From a virus (Duplodnaviria > Heunggongvirae > Uroviricota > Caudoviricetes), in IMG/VR virus record IMGVR_UViG_2671181189_000003: a stretch of DNA of 9,009 nt, one strand, 5' to 3'. Under the pieces are notes generated by a model that was not told the DNA's origin, ran no database searches, and was given only the letters and a program-made list of their open reading frames with translations. Of the stretch, positions 7,138 to 9,009 are shown one piece after another. Every line of letters begins with the position of its first letter. Within the stretch, counting starts at the first letter, position 1. The translations under genes and the position numbers were made by a program.

Positions 7138-8868
7138 ATGGCTAATTACCGTGATTTGTTAGAGCAGGCTGGCGCACGTTACGGTGTGCCAGAAGGGTTG
7201 ATGACTGCACTGGGTGCCAAGGAGTCTTCTTACAACCCTGCCGCAGTAAGCTCCGCCGGGGCTGTAGGATTGACTCAGGTCATGCCTGGGACATGGCGTG
7301 ATATGGGTTATACCGATGAGCAAATGCAAAACCCCGAATATCAGGCTGACGCTGGCGCGCGCTATCTGGCAAAGATGTACCAGCAGTTTGGTAACTGGCG
7401 TGACTCTCTTCAGGCTTATCACGACGGTCCCGGCAACGTTATGAAGGCAAAGCGTGGTGAATATACGCCAGGACCTGAAGGCCGCGGTTACGTTGATGAT
7501 CGCTTTGCTCAATGGGCTGGTGACCCGGTGACAGACTCAACAGTCGAACAGCGCGCCACCTCTGCAAAGGTACATCCTCAGCAAGACCCTAACAACCCGT
7601 TTGCACAACTGGAAGTACAGTCATCCGAACAAGTATCGGCATCAGGTGTGCAGTCAGACCCAAATAATCCATTTGCTCAGATTGAGCAGCAGGCAGCCAG
7701 TCAGCAGCCACCTCAACCCGTAAGTTCTGTCGCACCGAAACCTGTTCAGCAACAAACAGTTAATCAGGCCAATAATGCACCAACACGGGAAGAACCATCA
7801 TTGATGCAACAAGCTGGCGATTGGCTCACTGGTGGTCAAAGTGCAGGGCAAATTGCAGAACAGGCTGGTCGTGGTCTGGTAAACATACCATTTGACGTAT
7901 TGCAGGGTGGCGCAAGTCTGATTAATGCAATCAGTCAGGGGCTTGGGGGGCCAAAAGTATTGGATGATGTTTATCGTCCAGTAGACAGACCGACAGACCC
8001 CTACGCGCAAGCTGGAGAGTCAATAGGCGGTTATCTTGTTCCTGGAGCAGGTGTAGCTGGAAACATGGTCATTGGTTCTCTCGCTGACGCGGCGAATCAA
8101 CGGGGTGATTTTGCCGAAAATGCCGCTATTAATGCCGGACTTAGCATTGCTACGCATGGCCTGATAAATGGCGTTACCCGTGGTGTTCGTGGTGCATCAA
8201 ATATAATTAGTGGCAATAAAACATCTGCACAGAGAGCGACCACTGCGCCAACAGAAACATCACCATTCTCCGGTGATGCCGCTGCAGCAACAAATCCTGC
8301 GGTTCATGCCGCAGAGGCAAGAGTAGCACAAGGTGTACCAATGACGCCTGCGACGAAGAACCCAGAGGAAGTCGTTCGCACAGTAGCAGCACAAAAAAGG
8401 CCAAATCTCGCTTCATCGCTTGATGAACTAGATATCAATCCTCAGGCTGAAGTTCTGGAGTCTGCTGAAAGGCTTAATGTTGATTCATTACTCCCTTCAC
8501 ACTTTTCCGGGAACGAGCAATACAAGGCAGTTGAGCAAGCAATCAAGTCCCGTGCGGGTTCTGCTCTACAGGTGCAGGAAAATGAAGCAATCAGGCAGCT
8601 AGCACAGGGCGCGGGTGAGATAATTGATCGCGTTTCCGGTGCAAAAGATGCTCTTGGTATGAGCGACAAGTTTATTGATACGGTCAATGGAAGAATGTCT
8701 GCGCTGATGAAACGAAGCGACCAGCTTTATCGCAATGTTGAAAAGGCGATGCCTGCAGGTGCAAAAATTGATGCGCCATCAACAAGGTCAATGCTCAAAC
8801 AGGTGGCAGAAGATCTTGGCGGGATGAAAAACCTTGACCCTATTGAAAAGAGAGTTGAGGTAGCCTGA
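7138..8868 (+). CDS. Ejection (E) protein, P22 gp16-position, with an N-terminal soluble-lytic-transglycosylase-like domain (576 aa)
   Basis: ATG at 7138. Residues about 20-100 carry the SLT family motifs: KESSYNP (candidate catalytic Glu29, codon 7222-7224), [14 protein letters not shown] (GLxQ motif) and AYHDGPGNV (AYNxG-like). These are followed by the tandem DPNNPFAQ repeats, a Gly/Ala-rich hydrophobic segment (about residues 296-350) and a helical C-terminus. Stop TGA at 8866-8868. Confidence 0.75.
   Translation: MANYRDLLEQAGARYGVPEGLMTALGAKESSYNPAAVSSAGAVGLTQVMPGTWRDMGYTDEQMQNPEYQADAGARYLAKMYQQFGNWRDSLQAYHDGPGNVMKAKRGEYTPGPEGRGYVDDRFAQWAGDPVTDSTVEQRATSAKVHPQQDPNNPFAQLEVQSSEQVSASGVQSDPNNPFAQIEQQAASQQPPQPVSSVAPKPVQQQTVNQANNAPTREEPSLMQQAGDWLTGGQSAGQIAEQAGRGLVNIPFDVLQGGASLINAISQGLGGPKVLDDVYRPVDRPTDPYAQAGESIGGYLVPGAGVAGNMVIGSLADAANQRGDFAENAAINAGLSIATHGLINGVTRGVRGASNIISGNKTSAQRATTAPTETSPFSGDAAAATNPAVHAAEARVAQGVPMTPATKNPEEVVRTVAAQKRPNLASSLDELDINPQAEVLESAERLNVDSLLPSHFSGNEQYKAVEQAIKSRAGSALQVQENEAIRQLAQGAGEIIDRVSGAKDALGMSDKFIDTVNGRMSALMKRSDQLYRNVEKAMPAGAKIDAPSTRSMLKQVAEDLGGMKNLDPIEKRVEVA
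7585..7686 (+). repeat. Two in-frame copies of a DPNNPFAQ(L/I)E peptide repeat, 72 nt apart, within the gp16-position gene
   Basis: gaccctaacaacccgtttgcacaactggaa (7585-7614) and gacccaaataatccatttgctcagattgag (7657-7686) encode [10 protein letters not shown] and [10 protein letters not shown], with many synonymous differences between the two copies. Confidence 0.8.
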
Positions 8869-8880
8869 GTTTAACGGACA

Positions 8881-8913
8881 CTCCTTCCTGAAATAGAATG
8901 GCATCAGAAGGAG
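8881..8913 (+). promoter_or_regulatory. Hairpin pairing an anti-Shine-Dalgarno sequence (CTCCTTC) with the downstream SD (GAAGGAG); a candidate sigma70-like promoter overlaps the region
   Basis: CTCCTTC at 8881-8887 is the exact reverse complement of GAAGGAG at 8907-8913 (19-nt loop). TTAACG (8871-8876), a 17-nt spacer and TAGAAT (8894-8899) resemble -35/-10 elements. This is the only real intergenic gap in the operon. Confidence 0.3.
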
Positions 8914-8993
8914 CTAATAATGAGCAGAAAAACCCAACGTGAACCGCCCCGGGAATCCTGGAGACTAAACTTCCTGAGAAAGAGGTAAACAGG

Positions 8994-9009
8994 ATGACTA
9001 AAAATACTC
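8994..9009 (+). CDS. Start of a downstream gene (only 5 codons in the window: MTKNT...); identity unknown
   Basis: ATG at 8994 preceded by AGAGG at 8981-8985. It does not begin with the MTDI... N-terminus I recall for P22/Sf6/HK620 tailspikes, so it may be an accessory (immI-like or moron) gene rather than the tailspike. Confidence 0.3.

Noticed and set aside
8920-8988. 22-codon micro-ORF with a perfect SD as a real protein-coding gene
   Set aside because: Too short to call as a CDS from sequence alone. It is kept as part of the regulatory-spacer finding (possible leader peptide) and not listed as a feature.
8994-9009. Calling the terminal gene start the tailspike
   Set aside because: P22/Sf6/HK620 tailspikes begin with a conserved MTDI... 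head-binding N-terminus as I recall it, whereas this begins MTKNT. Five codons are insufficient to decide, so it is left unassigned.
1-9009. CRISPR arrays, tRNA/rRNA genes, IS elements or integrase/att sites
   Set aside because: No direct-repeat/spacer periodicity, no tRNA-like cloverleaf candidates and no inverted terminal repeats or transposase-like ORFs were seen. The window lies wholly inside the structural operon.

Overview
This window is a tightly packed, all-forward-strand late (virion morphogenesis) operon of a P22-like podovirus (P22/Sf6 lineage; a phage or prophage of an enterobacterium). Gene order: scaffolding protein 3' end, coat protein, an intrinsic-terminator-like hairpin, a small unknown ORF, gp4-like head-tail adaptor, gp10-like tail hub, tail needle (P22-type N-terminus and coiled coil with a longer Sf6-type C-terminal domain), gp14-like protein, then three ejection proteins in the gp7, gp20 and gp16 positions. 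The last of these carries an N-terminal lytic-transglycosylase-like motif set. A 125-nt intergenic region and the first codons of another gene follow. Three N-masked stretches (1417-1528, 3610-3728, 5253-5313) hide the coat 3' end, the gp10-like 3' end and part of the gp7-like gene. I saw no rRNA, tRNA, CRISPR array or IS element. All homology assignments come from my recollection of P22/Sf6 proteins plus synteny; no database search was run. I found no clearly novel system; the most interesting items are the SLT-like ejection protein, the small ORF after the coat gene and the regulatory-looking spacer at the 3' end.
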